Shown here: piece by piece, positions 9,698 to 20,448 of the stretch
Layout of the letters: every line of letters starts with the position of its first letter
Position numbering within the stretch: position 1 is the stretch's first letter
From: Thiotrichaceae bacterium
GTDB taxonomy: Bacteria; Pseudomonadota; Gammaproteobacteria; Eutrophobiales; Eutrophobiaceae
Reading direction: 5' to 3'
Assembly (NCBI GenBank): GCA_012960105.1
Contig: DUBV01000005.1
Coordinates: 77,000 to 140,999, forward strand
Length of the DNA stretch: 64,000 bases
Program-made: the position numbers and the translations under genes
Notes under the pieces: model-generated
What the model was told of the DNA's origin: nothing
Seen by the model: only the letters and a program-made list of their open reading frames with translations
The model's database searches: none

Positions 9698-11509
9698 TTA
9701 GTTATTTTCTTCTCTTTCAAAAAGAATATGCTGGTCAATCCGTGCCATTTTTTTCGCTTGCTCTATATGATATAGCTTATGCTGCATATACTTTTCAGGA
9801 GTTAGCGAAGCTGCAGTGATATGTGATTCGACAAGAGCCGAATCTTGAGGTGCTGCGGGCAGAATACTGTCAATCATGTAATGTATTTGATCCGCTGTAT
9901 TTACATGTGAAATATCTGGATTCTTATTATTTAGTGTAATTAATGAAAAACCAGTGAATGACTTTAAGTCGAGATCTTCAGGCCATTTAGAAAGTTGCCA
10001 TTCAAAAGGGGATTGACGTATGTCAGGGATGAACGGGAATCGAGAATGACTGGTCAAAAAATAGTTACGATAATGGAATATAAGTAATACGGGTCGTATT
10101 GTTATCTGCACAAGTTTATTTTTTGCCTCTGTTAATTCTGCCATGGAGGCTCTAAAACTTTGTCCATAATAATATCGGGAAAAAAAAGCGAATTCCGGTT
10201 GCCAGTGTTTAGAAGGTTCAAGTGTCGAGTAAACAATCAAAGATTCTGTACTATATTGTTCACTAAGGTACTTTCCTACCTCTCGCCAATCTGATTTTTT
10301 TCTAATGGATTTAAAGTCAGCGACCGTAATTATTGCCGTGCTTATAATTATCACGGATGCAATTATAGTGACGAACTTTAAAGTATTTTCTTGATTGTAT
10401 CGAGTTAATAATATCCTGATTTTTTCCAAAGAATACGAGGAAAGCAGTAGAGCCATTGGGAGTAAATAAATAGCGTATGGAGGGCGGAAGGGAAAGCTAG
10501 TATGAAGACGAAATACTGTATAGTGAATAAAAAAACTAAGAGGGAAAAGGACTGTTAGTAGACATATCAAAGTGTGTTCGTTTTTATTTTTTTCGCTGAA
10601 AATAAATACTAAGCTTAAGCCGTACAAAATAGAAAATAGTATGGCAAAAGGTTCAAGTTGTACGAACCATGCTTGCCTAATATCATTAAATGAAAATTCC
10701 GATAATCGAGAAATAAAATACTCAAGGTTATGAACTTGTGTCTCATTTAAATATGATTGACCAAACTGTAATATTTTTAGAAAAAGTGGGAGGTATAGTA
10801 ATAAAGAGACTGATAGAATAATAAGTATAACAATAAGCCGAGTTTGTTGTGGGTAGAATGATGTCTTTTCGAGAAAGCCGTTCTTAGCTAAGTCTATTGC
10901 AAACTGGATAAAAAGAATGGTTCCTAAGCTTACGTATGTCGCTAAAGGAGAGAGAGTACGGCTCAATAGAAACGCGAAGCATAAGATAAAAAACAAAAAG
11001 TAACTGCGAGCTCTTACCCTATTGGAAGTTAATAAATACTGAAGACTAGTTAGCATTGCAAGCAGGAAAAAGACAGGAATGCTGTAAGGTCTAGCTTCCT
11101 GTGAGAAATAAATATGGTAGGGACTAAGTGCCATAATTAATCCGGAAAATGCAGCAATAGGCCAGCTGGCAAATGTACTGGATAAGAACATTATTAGTAA
11201 TACAGACCCTGTTCCCCATAAAGCGGCAGGAAAACGGATCATGTAGTCGCTTTCTGATAACTTGTAAAAAAGCGATCCAACTAAGTAATCTAAGGGCGGT
11301 TGTTGTTGTTGAATGGCACCTTTTATAACCTCAAAAAAGGTTTCTTTATAGTATGAAACCTGAAGGATTTCATCCACGAATAAACTTTCGTAATCAAGAT
11401 GATGAAGTCTCAATCCAAGTGCTAAACAAGTGATGAAAAAAAAGACGAACCACTTACTTGAAGTAAGTAGGCTAAAATTATAACGGCTGTTTAAAATCTT
11501 ATTCATCAT
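9698..11509 (-). CDS. GT39/PMT-like (GT-C fold) membrane glycosyltransferase
   Basis: LGLRL...SLFVDE, PPLDY, IRFPAALWG, ALSPYHIYFSQEARPYS, KSDWREV; multiple TM helices plus a soluble C-terminal domain. Confidence 0.8.
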   Translation of the reverse strand: MMNKILNSRYNFSLLTSSKWFVFFFITCLALGLRLHHLDYESLFVDEILQVSYYKETFFEVIKGAIQQQQPPLDYLVGSLFYKLSESDYMIRFPAALWGTGSVLLIMFLSSTFASWPIAAFSGLIMALSPYHIYFSQEARPYSIPVFFLLAMLTSLQYLLTSNRVRARSYFLFFILCFAFLLSRTLSPLATYVSLGTILFIQFAIDLAKNGFLEKTSFYPQQTRLIVILIILSVSLLLYLPLFLKILQFGQSYLNETQVHNLEYFISRLSEFSFNDIRQAWFVQLEPFAILFSILYGLSLVFIFSEKNKNEHTLICLLTVLFPLSFFIHYTVFRLHTSFPFRPPYAIYLLPMALLLSSYSLEKIRILLTRYNQENTLKFVTIIASVIIISTAIITVADFKSIRKKSDWREVGKYLSEQYSTESLIVYSTLEPSKHWQPEFAFFSRYYYGQSFRASMAELTEAKNKLVQITIRPVLLIFHYRNYFLTSHSRFPFIPDIRQSPFEWQLSKWPEDLDLKSFTGFSLITLNNKNPDISHVNTADQIHYMIDSILPAAPQDSALVESHITAASLTPEKYMQHKLYHIEQAKKMARIDQHILFEREENN

Positions 11510-11787
11510 GGTTATGAATCTTATAGATGTGTAGTCTTAAGTAATTGCAAAATATTCACGTATAAATGGTGGGGAGTACATCAGAACATGTATATAGGAA
11601 GTATTGTTGTGGGTAAAGTTATGTTGTAATTATTTGTCACCTGAATGTCTCGTTGAATTATCATCAGACGAAAATAACCAGGTAAATAACGGGAAACTGA
11701 AGGCCTTAATATTTTTAAGACTCTTCAGCGCATTTGAAAGAATGCTATTCTTGATTTTTTAAACTACCTTAATAAATAAGATAGGTT

Positions 11788-12657
11788 TTATACTAAAGAT
11801 GCAATTGCTTCTCCAAGTTGACCTGGAGAACGTACCGTTTTTACATTCGCTTCTTCTAGTGCGGCAAATTTATCATCTGCCGTTCCTTTACCTCCGGAAA
11901 TTATTGCACCAGCATGACCCATACGTTTTCCTGGTGGTGCTGTAACACCGGCTATATAACCAACCACAGGTTTAGTTACATTTTCTTTAATAAATTGTGC
12001 TGCTTCTTCTTCTGCAGTACCACCGATCTCTCCAACCATAATAATGCCATTGGTGTCAGGATCTTCTTCGAATAGACCTAGACAATCTATAAAATTCATA
12101 CCATGTATTGGATCACCACCGATACCGACACAGGTGCTTTGTCCTAGTCCATTGTTTGTGGTCTGATGAACTGCTTCATAAGTGAGCGTGCCTGAGCGAG
12201 AGACAATACCAATGCCGCCGGCTTTATGGATGCTTCCAGGCATGATGCCAATTTTGCATTGGTCAGGAGTAATAAGACCAGGGCAGTTAGGTCCGACCAA
12301 ACGAGTGTCAGGAAATTGTTCAAGATAAGCTCTTACCTTGACCATATCTAAGACAGGAATACCTTCAGTAATACAAACAATAATGCTTATGCCCGCATCT
12401 GCCGCTTCAGTTATTGCTTCAGCAGCATAAGCAGCAGGAACCATAATCATACTTGCGTTAGCGCCAGCTTTTTCGACCGCATCCGTAACAGTATCAAATA
12501 CAGGTCGATCAAGATGTTTTTGGCCGCCTCTGCCGGGTGTGACACCACCAACGATTTGCGTTCCATATTCAATGGCTTGCTCAGCATGGAATGTACCTTG
12601 TCGCCCGGTAAAACCTTGAACGATAACTTTCGTGTCTTTATTAATTAAAATAGCCAT
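11788..12657 (-). CDS. sucD: Succinyl-CoA synthetase alpha subunit
   Basis: [34 protein letters not shown] (phospho-His). Confidence 0.98.
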   Translation of the reverse strand: MAILINKDTKVIVQGFTGRQGTFHAEQAIEYGTQIVGGVTPGRGGQKHLDRPVFDTVTDAVEKAGANASMIMVPAAYAAEAITEAADAGISIIVCITEGIPVLDMVKVRAYLEQFPDTRLVGPNCPGLITPDQCKIGIMPGSIHKAGGIGIVSRSGTLTYEAVHQTTNNGLGQSTCVGIGGDPIHGMNFIDCLGLFEEDPDTNGIIMVGEIGGTAEEEAAQFIKENVTKPVVGYIAGVTAPPGKRMGHAGAIISGGKGTADDKFAALEEANVKTVRSPGQLGEAIASLV

Positions 12658-13826
12658 TATTGATTCCCTCCAACAGCAGCAACTGCTTTTTCAGCAGCAT
12701 CCGTTAAATCATCAGCTGTAACAATAGTAAGTCCACTTTCTGCTAATAATGCTTTTCCTTCATCCACTTTTGTTCCTTCCAGTCGAACAACAACAGGAAC
12801 GTTAACGCCGACTTCTTTTACTGCTTTAATAATGCCTTCAGCTATTAAATCGCAACGTACTATACCGCCGAAAATATTGACCAAAATTGCTTCAACATTT
12901 TTATCAGAAACAATAAGTTTAAATGCCTCGGCAACTCTTTCTGCTGTTGCGCCGCCGCCAACGTCTAGAAAATTTGCTGGGTCGCCGCCATGTAATTTAA
13001 TGATATCCATCGTTGCCATGGCTAAGCCTGCGCCATTGACCATACAAGCAATGTTGCCATCCAATGTGATGTAATTAAGATCGAAGCGTTTTGCGATACT
13101 TTCTTTTTCATCTTCTTGAGTGGGATCACGCCACTCTTCTAAATGAGATTGTCTAAATAGCGCATTGTCATCAATAGATATTTTGGCATCCAGTGCTTCC
13201 AGATCGCCATCTTTATTTATCGTTAGCGGATTAATTTCAACGAGGCTCAAATCTTTATCGATATAGAGTTTATATAAGCTTTTTAAAATAGAAATTAATT
13301 GTTTTCGTTGTTTGTCATCAAAACCAAGCGCAAAGCCAATCCGGCGACTCTGGTGATCTTGCAGACCTAAAACAGGATCAACGGTAACACTGATAATCTT
13401 TTCTGGTTGGGTGGCAGCAACTTCCTCAATATCCATTCCGCCTTCAGTCGAAGCCATAATGGCGACGCGGCGACTGGCACGGTCAACAACGAGGCCAAGA
13501 TATAATTCTGATTCAATACCTGATATTGATGATATCAATACACAGTTTACAGGCTGACCATTTGGAGCAGATTGTTTGGTAATCAGTTGAGAGCCTAGCA
13601 TTGAACGGACAACGGACTCGAGTTCTTCAGAGCCTTTTACTACTTTTACTCCGCCGGCCTTACCTCTTCCTCCGGCATGAACTTGTGCTTTAACGACCCA
13701 ACCATCGCCGCCCATATCAGCAGCATGGCGTAGTGCTTCTTTAATAGTATGAGCCGGTTTACCGGGTGGAACCGGAATACCATAGTCTTCGAATAGCTTT
13801 TTAGCCTGATATTCATGTAGGTTCAT
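12657..13826 (-). CDS. sucC: Succinyl-CoA synthetase beta subunit
   Basis: [44 protein letters not shown]. Confidence 0.98.
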   Translation of the reverse strand: MNLHEYQAKKLFEDYGIPVPPGKPAHTIKEALRHAADMGGDGWVVKAQVHAGGRGKAGGVKVVKGSEELESVVRSMLGSQLITKQSAPNGQPVNCVLISSISGIESELYLGLVVDRASRRVAIMASTEGGMDIEEVAATQPEKIISVTVDPVLGLQDHQSRRIGFALGFDDKQRKQLISILKSLYKLYIDKDLSLVEINPLTINKDGDLEALDAKISIDDNALFRQSHLEEWRDPTQEDEKESIAKRFDLNYITLDGNIACMVNGAGLAMATMDIIKLHGGDPANFLDVGGGATAERVAEAFKLIVSDKNVEAILVNIFGGIVRCDLIAEGIIKAVKEVGVNVPVVVRLEGTKVDEGKALLAESGLTIVTADDLTDAAEKAVAAVGGNQ

Positions 13827-14016
13827 GTTATATCCTTATAGCGATGGGTTGGGCTTTATATCGGGTTTATCTTATTTTTCTTTAAATATAGTCAAATCTA
13901 TTATCTTTTTATACTTTTAAATAGCAGTAAATCCATTTTAATCAGCTATTTGTATGATTTATCTTCAATAAATGTGCCAGTATAATTATTTAATCAATCA
14001 TTTTTAATCATAGGTA

Positions 14017-15630
14017 ATGGATAAAGTTAATAAAATAATTCGTAATCAATCTAAATCCATAGATTGGCGTGCATTACAGTATTATAACTATTATCGAATT
14101 TTGCTCTCTGGCTTATTTGTTATATTGGTTTATATAGGCCAATTACCTGAACCGCTGGGTAGTCTAGATGATCATTTCTTTTCAATAACAAGCCATATTT
14201 ATTTATTACTAGCCCTAGTTTTTGCATGGTTCATATATAAGCAAGTTCCTCGACTTAATCTTCAGATAGCAGTTCATACTCTTGTCGATATCATCATGTT
14301 GAGTCTATTGATGTATTCGAGTAATGGACTAAGTAGTGGTTTTGGCATGCTCATTATTATTGCTGTTGCGGGCGGCAGTATCTTAAGAGAAGGCACGATT
14401 GCAATTCTATTTGCAGCTATTGCATCTTTCTCGGTTCTTGGCCATGAGTTATACATCCAGTTTTTTCGCGATTTCGATACGGTTAATTACACGCATGCAG
14501 GTATTTTGGGAGCCACTTTTTTTATAGCTGCAATTATAGGTAACCTTTTATCTGCTCGAGTACGTTCATCAGAAGCCTTAGCTGAACAGCAGGCGATTGA
14601 AATTAATGAATTAGCAAAATTGAACGAACATATTGTGCAACGCATGCAATCGGGAATTATTGTTTTAGATAGCAATATGAATATTTTGCTGATGAATGAA
14701 TCTTCTAAACGTTTACTGGGACAACAGGGAAAAGATACACATAAAATATTTAATTTCATTAATAATTATCTTAAAAATTATATTCATGAATGGCTACATA
14801 ATGATGCCCAACAGAATGTCATTATTAAGCTAGAGGAGGATGAAACTGAATTACAAGCCTCATTTATAAAACTAACGTTGGTTTCTAATTATCAAATATT
14901 AGTTTTTTTAGAGGATCTGGCTCGAATTAGACAACATGCTCAGCAACTTAAGCTCGTTTCTTTAGGTCGCTTGGCAGCGAGTATTGCGCATGAAATCAGG
15001 AATCCATTAGGTGCTATTAATCATGCCGGTCAATTATTGCAAGAATCCAATACGGTCAGTTTAGAAGATAAACGTTTAACAGAAATTATTAATGACCATT
15101 CACTTCGGGTTAATAATATAATTGAAAATGTATTAAGCGTTAGTCGCAGAGAACAAACAACGTCAGAGGAAATTGAAATATTTGGGTGGCTGAAAAATTT
15201 TGTAACTGAATTTGAACAACGATTTAATTTATCTGATGGGGATATCAGGCTGAATATAAAAAGAGATGATATTAATGTCAGGATGGATCCTTCTCAATTA
15301 CATCAAGTCATCTGGAATCTATGTGAAAATGCGATACGTTATAGCCAGGTTAAACCGGCTATTACGATAATTTTTGATCTAAGTAGTGAAACACAACGAC
15401 CTTATATTGATATAATTGATTACGGTTCTGGCATGTCTGAGGAAATTAAGCAGCAACTTTTTGAACCATTTTTCACAACAGAGACGAAAGGTTCTGGTTT
15501 AGGATTATATCTTGCCCGTGAACTATGTGAGGCCAACCAGGCAAGTTTGAATTTATACTCGACATCTGATGTGGGCTCAGTATTCAGGTTGAACTTTATG
15601 CCTCTCAACAAACAGGACGAATTAATTTAA
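14017..15630 (+). CDS. pilS: Sensor histidine kinase PilS
   Basis: About six N-terminal TM helices, PAS-like region, H-box AHEIRNPL, N-box NLCENA, FEPFFTT, GSGLGL; precedes pilR and pilA. Confidence 0.9.
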   Translation: MDKVNKIIRNQSKSIDWRALQYYNYYRILLSGLFVILVYIGQLPEPLGSLDDHFFSITSHIYLLLALVFAWFIYKQVPRLNLQIAVHTLVDIIMLSLLMYSSNGLSSGFGMLIIIAVAGGSILREGTIAILFAAIASFSVLGHELYIQFFRDFDTVNYTHAGILGATFFIAAIIGNLLSARVRSSEALAEQQAIEINELAKLNEHIVQRMQSGIIVLDSNMNILLMNESSKRLLGQQGKDTHKIFNFINNYLKNYIHEWLHNDAQQNVIIKLEEDETELQASFIKLTLVSNYQILVFLEDLARIRQHAQQLKLVSLGRLAASIAHEIRNPLGAINHAGQLLQESNTVSLEDKRLTEIINDHSLRVNNIIENVLSVSRREQTTSEEIEIFGWLKNFVTEFEQRFNLSDGDIRLNIKRDDINVRMDPSQLHQVIWNLCENAIRYSQVKPAITIIFDLSSETQRPYIDIIDYGSGMSEEIKQQLFEPFFTTETKGSGLGLYLARELCEANQASLNLYSTSDVGSVFRLNFMPLNKQDELI

Positions 15631-15632
15631 GC

Positions 15633-16940
15633 ATGTCTAAACTTGCACTAATCATAGATGATGAACCTGATATTCTGGAGTTATTACAGATAACATTGCA
15701 GCGAATGAAAGTCGATAGTCATTGTGCTGAAAATTTATCTACGGCGAGATCATTATTAAAAGAATATAAGTTTGATTTGTGTTTAACGGATATGAAGCTA
15801 CCAGATGGAGATGGTGTTGAATTTGTTAACGAATTACAAATAAATCATCCACAAATACCCATTGCTGTGATTACAGCGCATGGAAGTATGGACAGTGCTA
15901 TTCAGGCGTTGAAATATGGTGCATTTGATTTTTTGATAAAACCTGTCGATTTAAATTCGTTGAGATCTGTAGTGCAAAGTGCATTAAGTATTAAACCAAA
16001 ACAAGCTTCTACTAAGCCAAGCATCATTGGTAATAGTCAGATTATTCAAGATTTACGGGAAACTATTGGAAAGGTGGCGCGTAGTCAGGCACCTATTTAT
16101 ATCAGTGGTGAATCAGGGACAGGCAAAGAACTTGCGGCGCATATGATTCATGATTATGGCCCACGTTCAGATAAACCTTTCATCGCTATTAACTGTGGTG
16201 CTATTCCAAATGATTTAATGGAAAGCGAATTTTTTGGTCATATTAAAGGCAGTTTCACGGGGGCCGTTTCTGATAAAAAAGGATTGTTCCAAGCTGCGGA
16301 TGGAGGAACATTATTCCTTGATGAAGTCGCGGAATTGCCGCAACACATGCAGGTTAAATTATTACGTGCTATTCAGGAAAAAGTAGTGCGACCCATAGGT
16401 GCGCAGGAAGAGATTCATGTTGATGTTCGGATATTGAGTGCGACAAATTGTGATTTGTCAGAGCAAGTCAATCAGGGCTTATTTCGTCAAGATTTACTTT
16501 ATCGTATTAATGTCATTGAATTAAAAATACCTCCATTAAGATCAAGAGTAGAAGATATACCCGATCTAATTGAGCATATACTTAAAAAAATAGTTCTGGA
16601 TTCTGGTAATAAAAAACTGGAATTAAGCAAGGAAGCTGGACAATTACTGGAATCATATAATTTTCCTGGAAATATTAGAGAATTAGAAAATATTCTCGAA
16701 CGTGCCGCAACCTTATGTAGTGATAATCTTATCGACAAAGCAGATATACAACTTACTGAGTCTCCTCATACAGTGGATGAAAAACATACGGCATTAGATT
16801 CAATGTTGGGAGATATAGAAAAGCAAAAAATTATGGAAGCGCTTGAAAAAACAAGATGGAATAAAACGGCGGCAGCAAAGTTGCTTGGTATCAGTTTTCG
16901 GGCATTGCGATATCGATTAGAGAAGTTAGGTATGGATTAA
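15633..16940 (+). CDS. pilR: Sigma54-dependent response regulator PilR
   Basis: Receiver domain, GESGTGKE, ESEFFGHIKGSFTGA (GAFTGA variant), FLDEV, C-terminal HTH NKTAAAKLLGISFRALRYR. Confidence 0.93.
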   Translation: MSKLALIIDDEPDILELLQITLQRMKVDSHCAENLSTARSLLKEYKFDLCLTDMKLPDGDGVEFVNELQINHPQIPIAVITAHGSMDSAIQALKYGAFDFLIKPVDLNSLRSVVQSALSIKPKQASTKPSIIGNSQIIQDLRETIGKVARSQAPIYISGESGTGKELAAHMIHDYGPRSDKPFIAINCGAIPNDLMESEFFGHIKGSFTGAVSDKKGLFQAADGGTLFLDEVAELPQHMQVKLLRAIQEKVVRPIGAQEEIHVDVRILSATNCDLSEQVNQGLFRQDLLYRINVIELKIPPLRSRVEDIPDLIEHILKKIVLDSGNKKLELSKEAGQLLESYNFPGNIRELENILERAATLCSDNLIDKADIQLTESPHTVDEKHTALDSMLGDIEKQKIMEALEKTRWNKTAAAKLLGISFRALRYRLEKLGMD

Positions 16941-16973
16941 GTAGTGCGATGATATTTTCAAACTGCCGTATTA

Positions 16974-17012
16974 CGTCACATTTTGACAATAAAGAGTGGG
17001 AGTTTATGTCAA
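16974..17012 (+). promoter_or_regulatory. Candidate PilR upstream activator sites
   Basis: GTCA-N5-TGAC palindrome at 16975-16987 and a further TGTCA near 17007, about 110-145 bp upstream of the sigma54 promoter. Confidence 0.4.
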
Positions 17013-17118
17013 ACTCAGGTTCTTAAAATGAGATTAATAAAAATCACTGCTGTTAATTATTTAGTATATTCAATTAGCTAAGTGCAACCTGAGTGTTTTT
17101 TGTAAAATATTTTATCTC

Positions 17119-17134
17119 TGGCATAAATGATGCT
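17119..17134 (+). promoter_or_regulatory. Sigma54 (-24/-12) promoter of pilA
   Basis: TGGCATAAATGATGCT has exact GG-N10-GC spacing and lies between pilR and pilA. Confidence 0.85.
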
Positions 17135-17259
17135 CTAATAGATTTGCTTTACTGCTCAAATGGATCTTAATATGAGGATTATATTGAGCTATGAAGCGAT
17201 CTTTGCAAAGATTGTTAAAAATAAAAGCGGTATTTAATTAACATTATCAGGAGTTTATA

Positions 17260-17676
17260 ATGAAAAAAACACAACAGGGTTTTACCCTTATTGAATTGAT
17301 GATCGTTGTGGCAATTATCGGTATTCTTGCCGCAGTTGCTATCCCTTCTTATCAAGATTACACCAAGCGTGCGCATGTGGCTGAAGGTTTTAGTCTAGCG
17401 GGTGCAGCAAAGTTAGCAGTTGCAGAATACCATGCATCTGAAGGCGCATTTCCTACTACAAATGCTTCAGCGGGTATGTCATCTGCTACTTCTATCACTG
17501 GTAATGCTGTAAGAAGCGTTTCGGTTGGTGCTGCGGGTGCAATTACGATTACTTATAACACCAAAGTAACTGCAGGTGCGACTGTCGTATTAACGCCTTC
17601 AAATGCTATTGGCTCGATTAAATGGGTTTGTTCAGGTGGTGTAGCAACCAAGTTAAGACCTTCTAATTGTCGTTAA
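17260..17676 (+). CDS. pilA: Type IVa major pilin
   Basis: Leader MKKTQQG|[22 protein letters not shown] with Glu5, C-terminal Cys pair (WVC...NCR), AGGAG RBS. Confidence 0.97.
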   Translation: MKKTQQGFTLIELMIVVAIIGILAAVAIPSYQDYTKRAHVAEGFSLAGAAKLAVAEYHASEGAFPTTNASAGMSSATSITGNAVRSVSVGAAGAITITYNTKVTAGATVVLTPSNAIGSIKWVCSGGVATKLRPSNCR

Positions 17677-17701
17677 TAATTTAACTTATTAGAAAATAGA
17701 T

Positions 17702-17736
17702 AAGCCGTTGCTGCTTTAATGCAGCATCGGCTTTTT
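17702..17736 (+). terminator. Intrinsic terminator after pilA
   Basis: Stem AGCCGTTGCTGC / GCAGCATCGGCT (one mismatch) followed by a T run. Confidence 0.85.
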
Positions 17737-17758
17737 ACTGTATGTTATTTAGTTAAAC

Positions 17759-19675
17759 ATGAATAGATTCATAATAAATAAAATCCAGCCTTTCTTTATC
17801 CCCTTTGCTCTATTATTTTCTTATTTTATTTATTCTCCCGGCTTTAGTGGAACTTTTCTTTTTGACGATGGTGTTAATTTAGGTCAATTCGTAGAAATAC
17901 GTGTAGGAAACGAAGGCCTATGGCAATTTTTCAGTCATACAGAGCGTCCGTTAGCATTTCTCTCGTTCATGCTTAACGACAATGTTTGGCCATCTGCATC
18001 TGAAAGCTTTATTAAAACAAATGTTTTGTTGCACTTGCTTTCTGCTTGTTTATTGATGATTTGCCTTATTCTAATCGGTAAAAATCTAGCTTGGGACAGA
18101 AGAAAACGTGAATCAGTAGCCATGTTTGCTACCTTAATATGGATGGTTCATCCATTTTTTGTATCAACGGTACTCTATATAGTACAGCGGATGACTATAT
18201 TGTCAGCGATGTTTGTTGTACTTAGTTTAATTTCTTATCTGTACGGCCGCCTACAACTTAATAAAGGCAATAATAAAGCTTGGTTTTGGCTAATTTTTGC
18301 AACACCAATCTTTGGCTTATTTGGGTTTCTTTGCAAAGAAAACGCCGCATTAATACCTTTCTATTTACTAACTTTCGAAGCAATACTATTTTCTAATGAA
18401 AAACAGACGTCACGTTATTATCTTTTATGGAAGAGATGTTATATCTATCTACCAATAATTATTATGCTCGTGTGTGTTTTTATATTTAAAAATTCATGGA
18501 TAAATGATTATTCATTTCGAAGTTTTAGTTTAATTGAGAGGCTGCTAACACAGGCAAATATCCTCGTATATTATCTGTTTATGTTATTGATACCGAAATC
18601 ATCTACGACAGGACTCCATTATGAAAACTATCCAATTTCGACGAGTTTAATTGAACCTTGGACAACCTTATTAGCCGTTATATTTATTGTAAGCATTATT
18701 TTGTTTTCAATTTTCTATCGAAAGAAATATCCGATATTAACATTTTCGATACTTTTTTTCTTTTTTGGACATTTAATGGAGTCTACTTTTATTGCATTGG
18801 AACTATATTTTGAGCATCGTAACTACTTGCCTTCAATGATGTTTTTCTTTGCTCTGGCCCATATTTTGTTTCTCTGTTATGACAAATATAAAAGGAGCGT
18901 CATTTTAGCGGCGCTTGCTATAGTTTTTACATATAGTGGATTAACTTACGCCCGATCGGATTTATGGGGGAACCCATTATTGCTTTTGTCGGTCTGGACG
19001 GAAAATAACCCAGGTTCTTCTCGCAACTATATAGAAGGACACGTTCAAGCACATCGACTTCATCGATATGATTTGGCTCAAAAATTCCTGGAAAGGGGTA
19101 TAGAAGCGTTACCCGATAATATTTTTTTACGAATTGGTTATACTAGCTATGGTTGCGGAAGAGGGTCATTGCTGAAAAGTGATGTAGAAAAGCTGAAGAT
19201 CATGTTGGGAGAGACGGAACAAACTATTTCGCATTATCTTTATCAGAATCTTGCACAATTATTAGGAACTTCTTTTTCTCCTGATTGCAAACTTATAACG
19301 CATGAAGATATGAGAGAGATTATTTCTTCTGTATTAAATAACCCTAATATCTTGACGTATGAACTTAGACTACATGAAATGTTACATTTAATGGGGCGGT
19401 TTGAATTGCAAGTGGAAAATTATTCAGAAGCAAAAGAAGCGTTTTTAAAATCTTTGTTGCTTAATCTAAATCCATCTACTGCTCTCCAGCAAGTTGCTCT
19501 GATTGCTACTTTTGAACAATATGAATTAGCTTATGAATATCTAAAAGAAACAAGAGAGTTGATTTATGGGAGAGATGATGTAGAACTGCGTAAACAATCT
19601 GCAGGTTGGGAGGAATTTGAGTATATGGAATCTGTGTTATTAGAGGAATTGAAAGACATGCCTTTGAGAAATTAA
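17759..19675 (+). CDS. TMTC-like (GT-C fold with TPR-like tail) membrane glycosyltransferase; candidate pilin O-glycosyltransferase
   Basis: FLFDD in the first loop, RPL, NVLLH, HPFFVSTVLYIVQR, KENA, FEHRNYLPS and C-terminal TPR-like helices, in the same order as TMTC-family motifs. Confidence 0.72.
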   Translation: MNRFIINKIQPFFIPFALLFSYFIYSPGFSGTFLFDDGVNLGQFVEIRVGNEGLWQFFSHTERPLAFLSFMLNDNVWPSASESFIKTNVLLHLLSACLLMICLILIGKNLAWDRRKRESVAMFATLIWMVHPFFVSTVLYIVQRMTILSAMFVVLSLISYLYGRLQLNKGNNKAWFWLIFATPIFGLFGFLCKENAALIPFYLLTFEAILFSNEKQTSRYYLLWKRCYIYLPIIIMLVCVFIFKNSWINDYSFRSFSLIERLLTQANILVYYLFMLLIPKSSTTGLHYENYPISTSLIEPWTTLLAVIFIVSIILFSIFYRKKYPILTFSILFFFFGHLMESTFIALELYFEHRNYLPSMMFFFALAHILFLCYDKYKRSVILAALAIVFTYSGLTYARSDLWGNPLLLLSVWTENNPGSSRNYIEGHVQAHRLHRYDLAQKFLERGIEALPDNIFLRIGYTSYGCGRGSLLKSDVEKLKIMLGETEQTISHYLYQNLAQLLGTSFSPDCKLITHEDMREIISSVLNNPNILTYELRLHEMLHLMGRFELQVENYSEAKEAFLKSLLLNLNPSTALQQVALIATFEQYELAYEYLKETRELIYGRDDVELRKQSAGWEEFEYMESVLLEELKDMPLRN

Positions 19676-20023
19676 AGTTTATTTTTAGAGCGCTAGTATA
19701 AATGAGAAATTTAGTGAAATTTAATCAGTAAAAATAAGGCGAGTGTATTAGAAATAATTTTTATTATGTTATTAGTTATACGGTAGAATTTATTATCTAT
19801 ACACTTAACTATAGTGTGGGATGTTTCACGAGTATGAGAGTCTTATTGTTTACTGCCGTGGTAACTATATTCTTTATGGCCTAATATCAGAGCAGATATC
19901 TAATTTGATTTATAATCAGAATATGAACTTGTTGGGAGTATTGATATTTATAGATAGTTATGAAATAGATATAAACAATAAGTATAAAGATAAACAGATT
20001 ATATTTTTTTATTATAAAGGTGG

Positions 20024-20440
20024 GTGAATATGATTAACAAAAAAAAAGAAACGACAAATATTGAGCCACTGGTAAATTTGTTACCACCATATACTGATGA
20101 AAGAGGTGCTATTTATCCTTTAGTTGATGCAACTATGCAGAGCGCAGTATTAATCACTTCAAAGAAAGGAAGTATACGTGCTAATCATTATCATAAAACA
20201 GATTGGCATTATTGCTATGTATTAGAAGGAATAATTGAATATTATCATCGCCCACACGGTTCAAAAGATGAGCCCGAGTGCGTTATGGTAAAGAAAGGCG
20301 AGATGATGTATACCCCTCCAATGGTTGATCACGCAATGCTATTTCCCGAAGATACGGTTTTCCTTACATTGGGCGGAAACCCGAGAGACCAAGAGACTTA
20401 TGAAGCGGATATTGAGCGTGTTGAATTGATAACATCATAA
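20024..20440 (+). CDS. Cupin-fold protein, putative NDP-sugar isomerase/epimerase (FdtA/RmlC-like)
   Basis: DERG, RANHYH, and downstream PPMVDHAM cupin motifs; first gene of a sugar operon. Confidence 0.72.
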   Translation: MNMINKKKETTNIEPLVNLLPPYTDERGAIYPLVDATMQSAVLITSKKGSIRANHYHKTDWHYCYVLEGIIEYYHRPHGSKDEPECVMVKKGEMMYTPPMVDHAMLFPEDTVFLTLGGNPRDQETYEADIERVELITS

Positions 20441-20448
20441 ACATACTC

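Noticed and set aside
11690-11790. Weak hairpins downstream of sucD (CTGAAG...CTTCAG and others)
   Set aside because: Imperfect stems with no clear U tract or recognisable RNA family.
17013-17094. 9-bp inverted repeat ACTCAGGTT / AACCTGAGT in the pilA upstream region, considered as an invertible switch
   Set aside because: The sigma54 promoter lies outside the repeats, no recombinase is nearby, and one 9-bp match can arise by chance.
19821-20027. 68-aa ORF upstream of the cupin gene
   Set aside because: Very AT-rich, no motif and no RBS; probably the promoter region of the sugar operon.
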